Of a DNA stretch of 64,000 bases, positions 10,933 to 20,135 are shown piece after piece; the stretch's first letter is position 1; the number at the start of each line of letters is the position of its first letter. The notes under the pieces are model-generated. The model was not told the origin of the DNA and did not search any database. It worked only from the letters and a program-made list of their open reading frames with translations. The stretch spans positions 33,430 to 97,429 of the forward strand of contig CAVWAY010000006.1 of NCBI GenBank assembly GCA_963753025.1, read 5' to 3'. Source of the stretch: an uncultured Alphaproteobacteria bacterium. GTDB lineage: Bacteria > Pseudomonadota > Alphaproteobacteria > Rhizobiales > Aestuariivirgaceae. The translations under genes were made by a program, and so were the position numbers.

Positions 10933-11835
10933 TCACTCCTTAACCGCACCGGTCATCGATGACACGTAGTGGTCCACGAAGAACGAATAGAGGATGACCA
11001 CCGGCAGCGAACCGAACAGCGCTCCCGCCATCAGCGCTCCCCATTCAAAGATGTCGCCACGTACAAGCTCGGTGAGAACGCCTACGGGTATCGTCTTGTT
11101 TTCCGACGACTGGATGAAAGTGAGAGCGTAGATAAATTCGTTCCACGACAGGGTGAATGCGAAAATCCCCGCCGAAATAAGTCCCGGCACCGCCAGCGGC
11201 AGGATGATGCGGCGCAAGATCTGCCAGCGGGTGGCCCCGTCCACCAAAGCACTTTCCTCAAGCTCATAGGGGATCGAACGGAAATAACCCATGAGGAGCC
11301 AGGTGCAGAACGGGATGAGGAATGTGGGATAGGTAAAGATCAGGGCAAACCGCGAGTCATAGATGCCGATATTGAAGACGATGAAAGCCAGCGGGATGAA
11401 CAGGATCGACGGCGGCACCAGATAGGCAAGGAAGATCAGAAGCCCCGTGGTCCGCGCGCCGGTGAAACGCACCCGCTCAATGGCATAAGCGGCAAACACC
11501 GAAGCAAACAGCGAGAGAAAGGTGGAGGCCACCGAAACCAGAATGGTGTTCCACAGCCAGCCCGGATAGGACGTTTGAAACAGCAGATAATTTATGTGTT
11601 CCAGGGTCGGTCCCACAACCCAGAAGGGGCTGTAATTCTCATAGTCCGTCAGTTGCGAGTTTGGTTTTATGGCGGTGATCGCCATCCAGTAAAAGGGAAA
11701 GAGCAGGACGAAAACGAAGATCGCAAGCGGCAGGTAGATCACCACAATCCGCCGCGGCAGGTAGCTGAGATAGCTCATGCCCTCCGCGTCATCGCGAAGT
11801 CCGTCCGGTGCGGCAGTGCTGTCTTGTGTGTTCAT
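10933..11835 (-). CDS. Carbohydrate ABC transporter permease (MalG-like)
   Basis: EESALVDGA EAA motif, SWNEF. Confidence 0.93.
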   Translation of the reverse strand: MNTQDSTAAPDGLRDDAEGMSYLSYLPRRIVVIYLPLAIFVFVLLFPFYWMAITAIKPNSQLTDYENYSPFWVVGPTLEHINYLLFQTSYPGWLWNTILVSVASTFLSLFASVFAAYAIERVRFTGARTTGLLIFLAYLVPPSILFIPLAFIVFNIGIYDSRFALIFTYPTFLIPFCTWLLMGYFRSIPYELEESALVDGATRWQILRRIILPLAVPGLISAGIFAFTLSWNEFIYALTFIQSSENKTIPVGVLTELVRGDIFEWGALMAGALFGSLPVVILYSFFVDHYVSSMTGAVKE

Positions 11836-11845
11836 GGCGCCCCCA

Positions 11846-12790
11846 TCAGTCGGTACCGCCCTGTTGCCATTTCCGGCGCTGCAGCCCGAAGAAGCTGAAG
11901 AGGATCGAAGCAAGCAGGAAGGGAATCATGGCGACCGCAATTGCCGCACCTTCGCCGAGCTGGCCGCCGGGAATGCCGCGCTGGAACGACAGCGTGGCCA
12001 TCAGGTGGGTGGCGTTCACCGGCCCGCCCTTGGTGAGCACATAGATGAGCTGGAAATCGGTGAAGGTGAAGAGCACCGAGAAGGTCATGACCACGGCGAT
12101 GATCGGTGTGAGCATCGGCAGCGTCACATAGCGAAAGCGCTTCCACGGCGTGGCGCCATCAAGGGAAGCAGCTTCCTGCAGCGACACCGGGATCGTTTGC
12201 AGGCCCGCCAGCAGCGAGATGGCAACGAAGGGAATGCCGCGCCAGACATTGGCCGCGATGACGGAAACCCGGGCGTTGAATGGATCGCCGAGAAAATTGA
12301 TGGGCTGATCGATCAGGCCCAGCTTCATCAGGGACCAGGACAGGATCGAAAACTGCGCATCGTATATCCACCAGAAGGCCAGCGCCGACAGCACGGTGGG
12401 AACCACCCATGGCAACAGCACAATGGCGCGGAAAAAGGATTTGAAAGGCAGCTTTTCGTTGAGGATGAGCGCCAGCCAAAGACCTAAAGCGAACTTGAGG
12501 ATGGAAGCGACGAGCGTGTAGACGACGGTATTGAAAACCGAAAGCCAGAAAACCTCGTCATCCATCAGGTAAACGTAATTCTCCAGCCCGACAAAATCAC
12601 CCGCCCGGCCGATCCGTGTATCGGTGAAGCCGAGCCAGACGCCAAGCCCCAGCGGGTAGGTGAGAAAGCCCAGCAGGAAAATCGCCGCAGGCAGCATGAA
12701 CACAAAGCCAAGAGCATTGCGGCTGTTGTTGAAGCGCGTCACGAGCGAGCCTGAGCGGCTGGGCTGGCCCGGACTAGATAGACTGGACAT
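11846..12790 (-). CDS. Carbohydrate ABC transporter permease (MalF-like)
   Basis: FVGLENY, EAASLDGA, TKGGP. Confidence 0.93.
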   Translation of the reverse strand: MSSLSSPGQPSRSGSLVTRFNNSRNALGFVFMLPAAIFLLGFLTYPLGLGVWLGFTDTRIGRAGDFVGLENYVYLMDDEVFWLSVFNTVVYTLVASILKFALGLWLALILNEKLPFKSFFRAIVLLPWVVPTVLSALAFWWIYDAQFSILSWSLMKLGLIDQPINFLGDPFNARVSVIAANVWRGIPFVAISLLAGLQTIPVSLQEAASLDGATPWKRFRYVTLPMLTPIIAVVMTFSVLFTFTDFQLIYVLTKGGPVNATHLMATLSFQRGIPGGQLGEGAAIAVAMIPFLLASILFSFFGLQRRKWQQGGTD

Positions 12791-12821
12791 GCAGTATTCT
12801 CATCACGGAAAACTCTCGAAG

Positions 12822-12863
12822 AAGTGCGGGCCACCCGCCTTGTCGGGGATGGCCCGCATTTTT
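12822..12863 (-). terminator. Intercistronic hairpin downstream of the binding-protein gene
   Basis: TGCGGGCCA...TGGCCCGCA inverted repeat. Confidence 0.55.
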
Positions 12864-12864
12864 C

Positions 12865-14175
12865 TTAGACCTTGTAATAGCGGTTGGCGCGCTTCTCGGC
12901 CTGTGCCGCGGCCTCTTCCGGCGTGGCGGCACCTGTTACGGCTGCGGCGAACATGTCGACTAGCACGTAATCCGCCATGACGGCAGCGGATGCGTAACCC
13001 AAGGGGCCCGCATAGCCGTTCGGACGCAAGGTTTCCGAGGCCTTGGCGTAGGGCGCGTGGATCGGATCCGCCGTCCACACGGGGTTCGACGCAAAGGCCT
13101 TCAGCGGCTGGCAGCAATAGGCGCTGGAGCCGGTGATCCAGGCATTCATCTGCTCGGCCTCATACATGAACTTCAGGTAGGCCTTGCAGGCGTTCGGGAA
13201 CTTCGTGTGGTTGAAGACGACCGCTTGCGTCGTCTGGTACAACTCCACGCTCGTGCCAACCGGTCCGATGGGGAAGAGGGTGGCGCGAAGGTCAGCCACC
13301 ATGTCCTTCAGTTTTTCGTCTTTCTTCGCCGCGTAATAGAGCGATACGCCGTTTGCCGTCAGAGACACCTGGCCCGCGAGGAAGGCACGGTTGTTGTTGA
13401 TGTCCTGCCAGCTTTCCGTACCCGGGATAAAGGTCTCGTAGAGCGACTTCGCATAATTGATGGCAGCGATCGTCTCGGGGCTGTTGATCGCCACGACACC
13501 TGCCTCATCGACCATTTTTCCGCCGTGGCTCCACAAGAGCCAGTGCACATAGTTGTTGCCGTCACCCACTGCCTTGCCATGCGCAAAGCCGGCTGGCGTA
13601 CCCTTGGCCTTCATCGCCTTGCAGAGATCGAGGAAGCCCGCCGTATCCTTCGGGAACTCCTTGAAGCCTGCGGCTTCGATATGGCTCTGGCGATAGCAGA
13701 CGGCATTGCCGATGGCGGCCAGCGGCAGGGCGATATACTTGTCACCTCGCATCGCATAGCCCTTGAGGCCATCATAGAAGCCGCCGTACTTGCCATCGAG
13801 ATAGGTGCCAAGATCAGTCAGATCCACCAGCTTGTCGGGGTATTGGTGGGCATCGTCGAACCAGCAAAGCACCATGTCCGGGCCGGACCCGACGTTGGCC
13901 GTAACGGCCGCCTTCGGCCGGATGTCTTCCCAGCTTTCCTTGTCGACGCGAACCTCAACGCCGGTCGCCTCGGTGAATTTCTTGGTATTGGCGAGCCAGG
14001 CATCTTCATCGCCTTGCACGAAAGGCGCCCAGCGCAGCAAGCGCAGGCTGGCGCCGGCTTCGGGCGTGTAGGCCGGTTCCTGTGCGAGGGCCGGGCGGCT
14101 GCCTGTCAGGCCAAAGCCTGCAGCACCGGCGATACCGGCCGAAGCCGCAAGTAGATCACGTCTGTTGATTTTCAT
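12865..14175 (-). CDS. Carbohydrate ABC transporter substrate-binding protein, Tat-exported
   Basis: MKINRRDLL Tat signal; CUT1 SBP-like sequence; AGGAGG RBS. Confidence 0.92.
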   Translation of the reverse strand: MKINRRDLLAASAGIAGAAGFGLTGSRPALAQEPAYTPEAGASLRLLRWAPFVQGDEDAWLANTKKFTEATGVEVRVDKESWEDIRPKAAVTANVGSGPDMVLCWFDDAHQYPDKLVDLTDLGTYLDGKYGGFYDGLKGYAMRGDKYIALPLAAIGNAVCYRQSHIEAAGFKEFPKDTAGFLDLCKAMKAKGTPAGFAHGKAVGDGNNYVHWLLWSHGGKMVDEAGVVAINSPETIAAINYAKSLYETFIPGTESWQDINNNRAFLAGQVSLTANGVSLYYAAKKDEKLKDMVADLRATLFPIGPVGTSVELYQTTQAVVFNHTKFPNACKAYLKFMYEAEQMNAWITGSSAYCCQPLKAFASNPVWTADPIHAPYAKASETLRPNGYAGPLGYASAAVMADYVLVDMFAAAVTGAATPEEAAAQAEKRANRYYKV

Positions 14176-14260
14176 CTTTTCCTCCTGAACGTTTCCGGGA
14201 TATTCCAAATTTTCCGTCCGGCGCCATCCCGTGGCTGCACCGGCGGTTCTTAGTTTCCAG

Positions 14261-15322
<1,062 letters not shown>

Positions 15323-15516
15323 ACACATCCTCCCAGACCAGCGTGCCGAAACCACAGATTTTCAGAGACAACGAACGCGGCCTCGTAGCGGGCCGTTGAA
15401 TTTCTTCGCCGTCGGAAACAGGTGAGCGTCAGTCTAACCGCCTCACTCGATTAGTCAAACGATAGGTAAGAAGAATTCAGTCTGGCCGTTAGACTTTGGT
15501 ATTACACCCAATCACT

Positions 15517-16635
15517 TCATTTCAGCCGTTCGGTCTGGAACAGCAGAACATTCAGCCCGCCATGGGACACGGACCGGCCCGGCGGCGCGAACGGCAGGCC
15601 GGTTGCCTTGGCCAACGACGTGTCGGTTGTGATCAATCCCACGCGCCAGCCAGAGAACCGCGTCAAAAGGGTTTTTCCAAGCGCAGCGTAAAGCGTAACG
15701 AGCGGCTTCTTGTCGCCGATGCGGGTGCCATAGGGCGGATTGACGATCACCAGCCCCGGCGGCCCGGGCGGCGGCGTGATGTTGCTGACCGCATGATTCT
15801 GGAACACGGTGAAGTCGGTCACCCCCGCGCGCTCCGCATTGGCGCGGCTCATCCGGATCGCACCCGCATCACGGTCGCTGCCGAAGAAGTGCAGGGCAGG
15901 CTTTACGCCGTGCGATGACTCGCGCAGGCGCTTCCAGGCAACTGCGTCAAAACTTGTGAGCTGCTCGAAAGCAAAGCGCCGCGCCCGGCCCGGATTGAGC
16001 TTCGCTGCAATTTCCGCCGCTTCGATCACGAAGGTGCCGGAGCCGCACATGGGATCGACCACGGTTTCACTGCCGTCATAGCCGCATTGCCGCAGGAAAA
16101 GCGAGGCCATGGTTTCGCGCATGGGCGCCTTGGCGACGGCTTCCTTGTAACCCCGCTTGTGCAGGGACTCGCCCGAGGTATCGACGCTGATCGTGCACAG
16201 ATTGTCTTCGAAGCGCGCCATGATGCTCACCTCCGCATCAGGCGAGATGGGCGCGCCGAGTTCTTCACGGATCGCGGTTTCAATCCGCTGCGCGGCGGCT
16301 CCGGCATGGTAGATGCGCGACTTTCTGCTGGCGACCTCGACTTTGACCGGCACATCGGGACGCAAGGTTTCGCCCCAGGGAAATTTGCGGGCGAGCTTGT
16401 CGAGCTGCGCAAGATGGCCCGCATGAAACGCGCCGATGCGGGCGAGCACGCGCGTCGCACCGCGGATTTCAAGATTGGCCCGCCAAACCTCCGGCCAGCC
16501 GCCCCGCAGCACGACGCCACCCGTTACTGCCTTGGGATCAAGGAAGCCCCTGGCTGATACTTCGTCGCAAAGCACGGCCTCAAGGCCAGGCGGGGACACC
16601 AGAAATATCTCAAAATCAGTGGCTATGGCCGGCAT
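15517..16635 (-). CDS. THUMP-domain RNA methyltransferase (RlmL N-terminal-like)
   Basis: SGESLHKRGY, APMRETMA, DPMCGSGT, NPPYG. Confidence 0.9.
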   Translation of the reverse strand: MPAIATDFEIFLVSPPGLEAVLCDEVSARGFLDPKAVTGGVVLRGGWPEVWRANLEIRGATRVLARIGAFHAGHLAQLDKLARKFPWGETLRPDVPVKVEVASRKSRIYHAGAAAQRIETAIREELGAPISPDAEVSIMARFEDNLCTISVDTSGESLHKRGYKEAVAKAPMRETMASLFLRQCGYDGSETVVDPMCGSGTFVIEAAEIAAKLNPGRARRFAFEQLTSFDAVAWKRLRESSHGVKPALHFFGSDRDAGAIRMSRANAERAGVTDFTVFQNHAVSNITPPPGPPGLVIVNPPYGTRIGDKKPLVTLYAALGKTLLTRFSGWRVGLITTDTSLAKATGLPFAPPGRSVSHGGLNVLLFQTERLK

Positions 16636-17552
16636 GGATCGAAGTTCAGCCGCAGGCCCGGGCGGGCCCATGGCAGGCTCACGACCTTGCCGGTGCTCGA
16701 CAATGTCAGGTAGGCGGTCTTCAGGTCCGGCCCGCCGAAGCAGATGTTGGTGCAGTAAGGATCGGGCGTGGCGATAAACTCGACAAACCCGCCATCCGGC
16801 GCAATGACGTTGATGCCGCCGAGGACCAGTGTGGCCACGCAGATATTGCCGTTCTGCTCCACCGCCAGTGAATCATAGGACGTGTAACCCGGCGGGCCAG
16901 CCAGATGGCGGCCGCCATTTTCATGCGGCGGCTGTTTGCGGATGACGCCCGGCGAAACAATGTCGAAGGCCCAAAGGTGGCCGGTGCGTGTCTCGGCCAC
17001 ATAAACCGTTTTCTCGTCAGGCGACAGGCCAACGCCATTCGACATGATCATGGGTTGCACGAGTTCGCTGATCAGGCTGCCGTCGGTCTTGGCATAGTAA
17101 AGGCCGCCGAAGTCCGTGTCGCGGGCGCGCCGCTTGCCAAGGTCGGTGAAATAGAAGCCGCCGTGCCGGTCGAAGACAATATCGTTCGGGCCCTTCAGCG
17201 GAAAGTCGCCGCAGTGGGTGTAGAGCACCTCCACCTTGCCCGTATCGATATTGATGCGCTCAATCCGCCCGCCGCTGTAGTCATCCGGCTGGCCCGTGGG
17301 AAACAGCCTGCCGTCCACGGTTTTCCAGGAAAATCCGCCGTTGTTGCAGATGTAGAGATGGCCGTCCGGCCCGAAGGCCGCGCCATTAGGCCCGCCGCCC
17401 GGCGTTGCGATAACGCTCTTGCGGCCCTTTGGGTCGATGCGCGTGACACAGCCCTTGGCGATTTCCACCACCAGCATTTCGCCATCCGGCAGCATGACCG
17501 GCCCCTCCGGAAAGGCGAGGCCCGAAGCGATTTCTGTCAAATTGAATGTCAT
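16623..17552 (-). CDS. SMP-30/gluconolactonase family protein
   Basis: FPEGP, GPNDIVFD, NGVGLSPD, TNICFGG. Confidence 0.92.
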   Translation of the reverse strand: MTFNLTEIASGLAFPEGPVMLPDGEMLVVEIAKGCVTRIDPKGRKSVIATPGGGPNGAAFGPDGHLYICNNGGFSWKTVDGRLFPTGQPDDYSGGRIERINIDTGKVEVLYTHCGDFPLKGPNDIVFDRHGGFYFTDLGKRRARDTDFGGLYYAKTDGSLISELVQPMIMSNGVGLSPDEKTVYVAETRTGHLWAFDIVSPGVIRKQPPHENGGRHLAGPPGYTSYDSLAVEQNGNICVATLVLGGINVIAPDGGFVEFIATPDPYCTNICFGGPDLKTAYLTLSSTGKVVSLPWARPGLRLNFDPCRP

Positions 17553-17670
17553 GGTCTCAGCCTAACCGATTCCCGTCATATGAACTGTGTGTTAAGATAA
17601 CTTTGACGCAATGCGGTTTGATATTCAACAGGGACGGAATTGGACCACCGGCGGGATTTGCGCGACGGCA

Positions 17671-17709
17671 AAAGGAAACCCCGCCTGGATAAGTTCCAGA
17701 CGGGGTTTC
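17671..17709 (-). terminator. Rho-independent terminator
   Basis: GAAACCCCG(C)CTGGA..TCCAG(A)CGGGGTTTC hairpin followed by a T-run on the minus strand. Confidence 0.7.
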
Positions 17710-17727
17710 TGAATGTTCGGACGATGA

Positions 17728-18564
17728 TTAGCGCCAGCGCGACAGGTGGCTGTGGTCGACGCCTTCGTCCCGGTGTTTTCCGCCGGTGGTGGCTGCCCAC
17801 CAGGCCGCAAGGCCACTAATCAATAGGGAAGCGGCGGTCAGGAATGCGAACAATACCGCATACCGGCGCGCCGTCTCAGCCTGGGCCTTCAACGCGGCTA
17901 CAGTGTCATCCAAACGTTTCTGGGCGTCGGCTTCGGCCAATCCGGTGCGTGACGATATTTCACGGACCACATACGCCTTGTCCGTCTCGTCAAAGGTGCG
18001 CGCGGCAACGTTCCTCGCGAGGATGCGGCCGATTTGCGCATTGTACTGCGTATCAGCGGATACGGCCGTCGTGCCCGCCACCGCATCGCTGCGCATGAGT
18101 TTGTCGGTGTAATAATCCATGGCTCCCGTGTTTGACGCGGTGCTTATGGCGCCACTGACGCCGGCAAGCGTGAGCCAGGTTGCGAGGGCAGCGCCAATCA
18201 CTATGTTTACGGCCCAGACGATCAGGCCATGAGCTCCGTCGCGCATTTCAACTTCATGGGCTTTGGCATCGCCGATGCGCCGTCGCATTCGGCCTGCGAC
18301 ATAACCACCGCCAATAAAGCTCGAAATCTGCACCCATAGAAGCCAAAGGCCCGCGGCAATAACAAGGCCCACAACCGGCGCTGACGCCGAGGGATGGAAC
18401 GACGTTACCGACAAGCCGATTGCCGATCCGAAAGCCAGGAAAACTGAAGATATGGCAAGGGAGATGAAGACGCCAGCAGCAATGGCGCCCCAATCAACAT
18501 AGTTAGTGGGATTGCCAATCTCGACCGAGATGTCGCTTGTGGCATCGGAAAATGCGTTGGCCAT
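17728..18564 (-). CDS. Conserved hypothetical membrane protein (stress-associated type)
   Basis: VDWGAIAAG, GGYVAGRMR, RDGAHGLIVWA; 4 hydrophobic segments; GGAG RBS. Confidence 0.8.
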   Translation of the reverse strand: MANAFSDATSDISVEIGNPTNYVDWGAIAAGVFISLAISSVFLAFGSAIGLSVTSFHPSASAPVVGLVIAAGLWLLWVQISSFIGGGYVAGRMRRRIGDAKAHEVEMRDGAHGLIVWAVNIVIGAALATWLTLAGVSGAISTASNTGAMDYYTDKLMRSDAVAGTTAVSADTQYNAQIGRILARNVAARTFDETDKAYVVREISSRTGLAEADAQKRLDDTVAALKAQAETARRYAVLFAFLTAASLLISGLAAWWAATTGGKHRDEGVDHSHLSRWR

Positions 18565-18623
18565 TGAGCGTCGCTCCAATAATCAAAAAAGGGTTTGGCG
18601 GGTTTCAGACTTGAGTAATCGCC

Positions 18624-18698
18624 TTAGCGCAGGCCCAGGAGGGACAGCACAAAGAGGACAACGACCACGAGTCCGACCAGATAAATAATTGAGTTCAT
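18624..18698 (-). CDS. Small membrane peptide, 24 aa (MNSIIYLVGLVVVVLFVLSLLGLR), absent from the ORF track
   Basis: Translated by hand; GGAGA RBS; single TM helix; EcfG-type promoter upstream. Confidence 0.8.
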   Translation of the reverse strand: MNSIIYLVGLVVVVLFVLSLLGLR

Positions 18699-18779
18699 AA
18701 TTCGTTTCTCCAAATTGAGTTGAGGCTGCAAAGGCCGTTTCCGAGGCCCTCAGGCTTCAGAACACTTCAACTTCCCCTC

Positions 18780-18804
18780 AACGGATGGGGCGGAAATGTG
18801 TTCC
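18780..18804 (-). promoter_or_regulatory. Sigma-EcfG (general stress response) promoter
   Basis: Minus strand reads GGAAC-acatttccgccccatc(16)-CGTT, an exact match to GGAAC-N16/17-CGTT. Confidence 0.8.
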
Positions 18805-18832
18805 AATGTGGCGAAAATATATTCGAGACGCG

Positions 18833-18858
18833 GGAACCATAACCTGCCGCTGGTGGTT
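18833..18858 (+). promoter_or_regulatory. Sigma-EcfG promoter (divergent partner)
   Basis: GGAAC-N17-GGTT, 33 nt upstream of the small ORF. Confidence 0.65.
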
Positions 18859-18891
18859 CACACCAAGCGATTTCGAACCAAGGAGCATATC

Positions 18892-18969
18892 ATGCGTGGA
18901 GTTCTGCTGTGGCTTGTGGGGATTCCGATCCCCATCATCATTCTCTTGTATCTGTTCAACGTCGTTTAA
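18892..18969 (+). CDS. Small membrane peptide, 25 aa (MRGVLLWLVGIPIPIIILLYLFNVV), absent from the ORF track
   Basis: Translated by hand; AAGGAG RBS; hairpin downstream. Confidence 0.8.
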   Translation: MRGVLLWLVGIPIPIIILLYLFNVV

Positions 18970-18988
18970 CCGTCTTTCGACGGTCAAG

Positions 18989-19026
18989 AAAAAACCCGCC
19001 TGGAAAACAAGCCATGGCGGGTTTCA
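18989..19026. terminator. Probable bidirectional terminator between convergent genes
   Basis: AAAAAACCCGCC...GGCGGGTTT. Confidence 0.65.
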
Positions 19027-19058
19027 TTCGTTGGGCAAGCGCGTGCTGGCGATGCTTG

Positions 19059-19676
19059 TCAGCCCTTCAGGATTTTGCGTGCCGTATCGGCATTGAATGC
19101 GTCTTCGATTTCCGCGCCAATCTCGGTGAGATGAAAACTGAGTGTGTTCTGGAACATGCCGAAATCATGTTTGCGCACGGAAGGGTGGACCGGCAGATTT
19201 TCAAAGATTTCCCGGGACCGTGCTTTGGGAATGAGGTGAATTGCGTGCGGTGCCGCAAGCCCCGCCCGGAGCAAGTCGCGCTCGAGGTCGAGAAGCACCA
19301 TTTGCCAAAAATCGGCGCTACCCCCTTCTGGAACCGGATAGGCTGAAACGATGTCCTCGGCCAGCGACTGCAGCATCACATTGATTGAATCCGCATCGCT
19401 GATGTCCATGAGACGGAGCCGGGCCGCAAGCGCTTCCGCCACCATGGAAAGGGTGGCTGGAAAGGAAAACCAGCGGGCCCTTTCGTAGGCGTCCTGAAAT
19501 GCTTTTTCAGCCAGCAGCGTGGTAAACATCATGTTGGCCCGGGCCTGGGTGTATTCAGAGATCGACTTCTGTGCGAGATAGGCTGCGCGGCTTTCCAGAA
19601 AGCCCCGAAGCTCGTTGCGTGAGGACAGTGTTGGGCCCAAAAAAACCCGGGACAGGAATGCAAGCCATTTCATCAT
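19059..19676 (-). CDS. Hypothetical protein divergent from the SSS operon
   Basis: 205-aa ORF (RAAYLAQKSISEYTQARA, FENLPVH); no catalytic motif recognised. Confidence 0.7.
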   Translation of the reverse strand: MMKWLAFLSRVFLGPTLSSRNELRGFLESRAAYLAQKSISEYTQARANMMFTTLLAEKAFQDAYERARWFSFPATLSMVAEALAARLRLMDISDADSINVMLQSLAEDIVSAYPVPEGGSADFWQMVLLDLERDLLRAGLAAPHAIHLIPKARSREIFENLPVHPSVRKHDFGMFQNTLSFHLTEIGAEIEDAFNADTARKILKG

Positions 19677-19683
19677 TTTACTT

Positions 19684-19697
19684 TTGCATCGCAGCAT
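19684..19697. promoter_or_regulatory. PhaR/AniA-like operator
   Basis: TTGCATCGCAGCAT; same TTGCnnnGCAGCAT motif as upstream of phasin and phaZ. Confidence 0.55.
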
Positions 19698-19875
19698 AAA
19701 GCGCGCAAGCCATCTTGTGCCCATGAGTCCAAAGTAGAGTATCGGACCTTTGCCCCCAATGTTAGAAAATCGGCAGCGCCCGGATTCTGTCTGTTGCAGG
19801 AGAGCCTTGGTTGAGCAGATTCGTGCGCACCGATGGGGGGATTAACCCCGCAACATTAGTGGGAGGGACTGGCTG

Positions 19876-20133
19876 ATGGCTAAGTCGAATTCTGAAGGTC
19901 ACTGGGCGTCGACCAGCAGGCTGATGTATATTGCATTGGGCCTGTGGGCGTTTTTCAGTTTTTTCATCCATTTTTTCGTCAATTCGTTGAACGCAATCGT
20001 CATATTCGGTTTCCCCCTGGGATTCTGGTTTGCAGCGCAGGGTTCGCTCGTGGCCTTTGTGGTGATCCTGTTCTGGTTCGCCCGCAAGCAAGATGACATT
20101 GACCGCGAATTCGGCATGGCTGAGGAGGATTGA
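19876..20133 (+). CDS. DUF4212 small subunit of a solute:sodium symporter
   Basis: GFPLGFWFAAQGS motif, 2 TM helices, directly upstream of the SSS gene. Confidence 0.92.
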   Translation: MAKSNSEGHWASTSRLMYIALGLWAFFSFFIHFFVNSLNAIVIFGFPLGFWFAAQGSLVAFVVILFWFARKQDDIDREFGMAEED

Positions 20134-20135
20134 TC

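Noticed and set aside
15431-15495. AGTCTAAC...GTTAGACT inverted pair upstream of the sugar ABC operon
   Set aside because: 8-bp arms about 50 nt apart, no adjacent regulator; cannot be distinguished from chance
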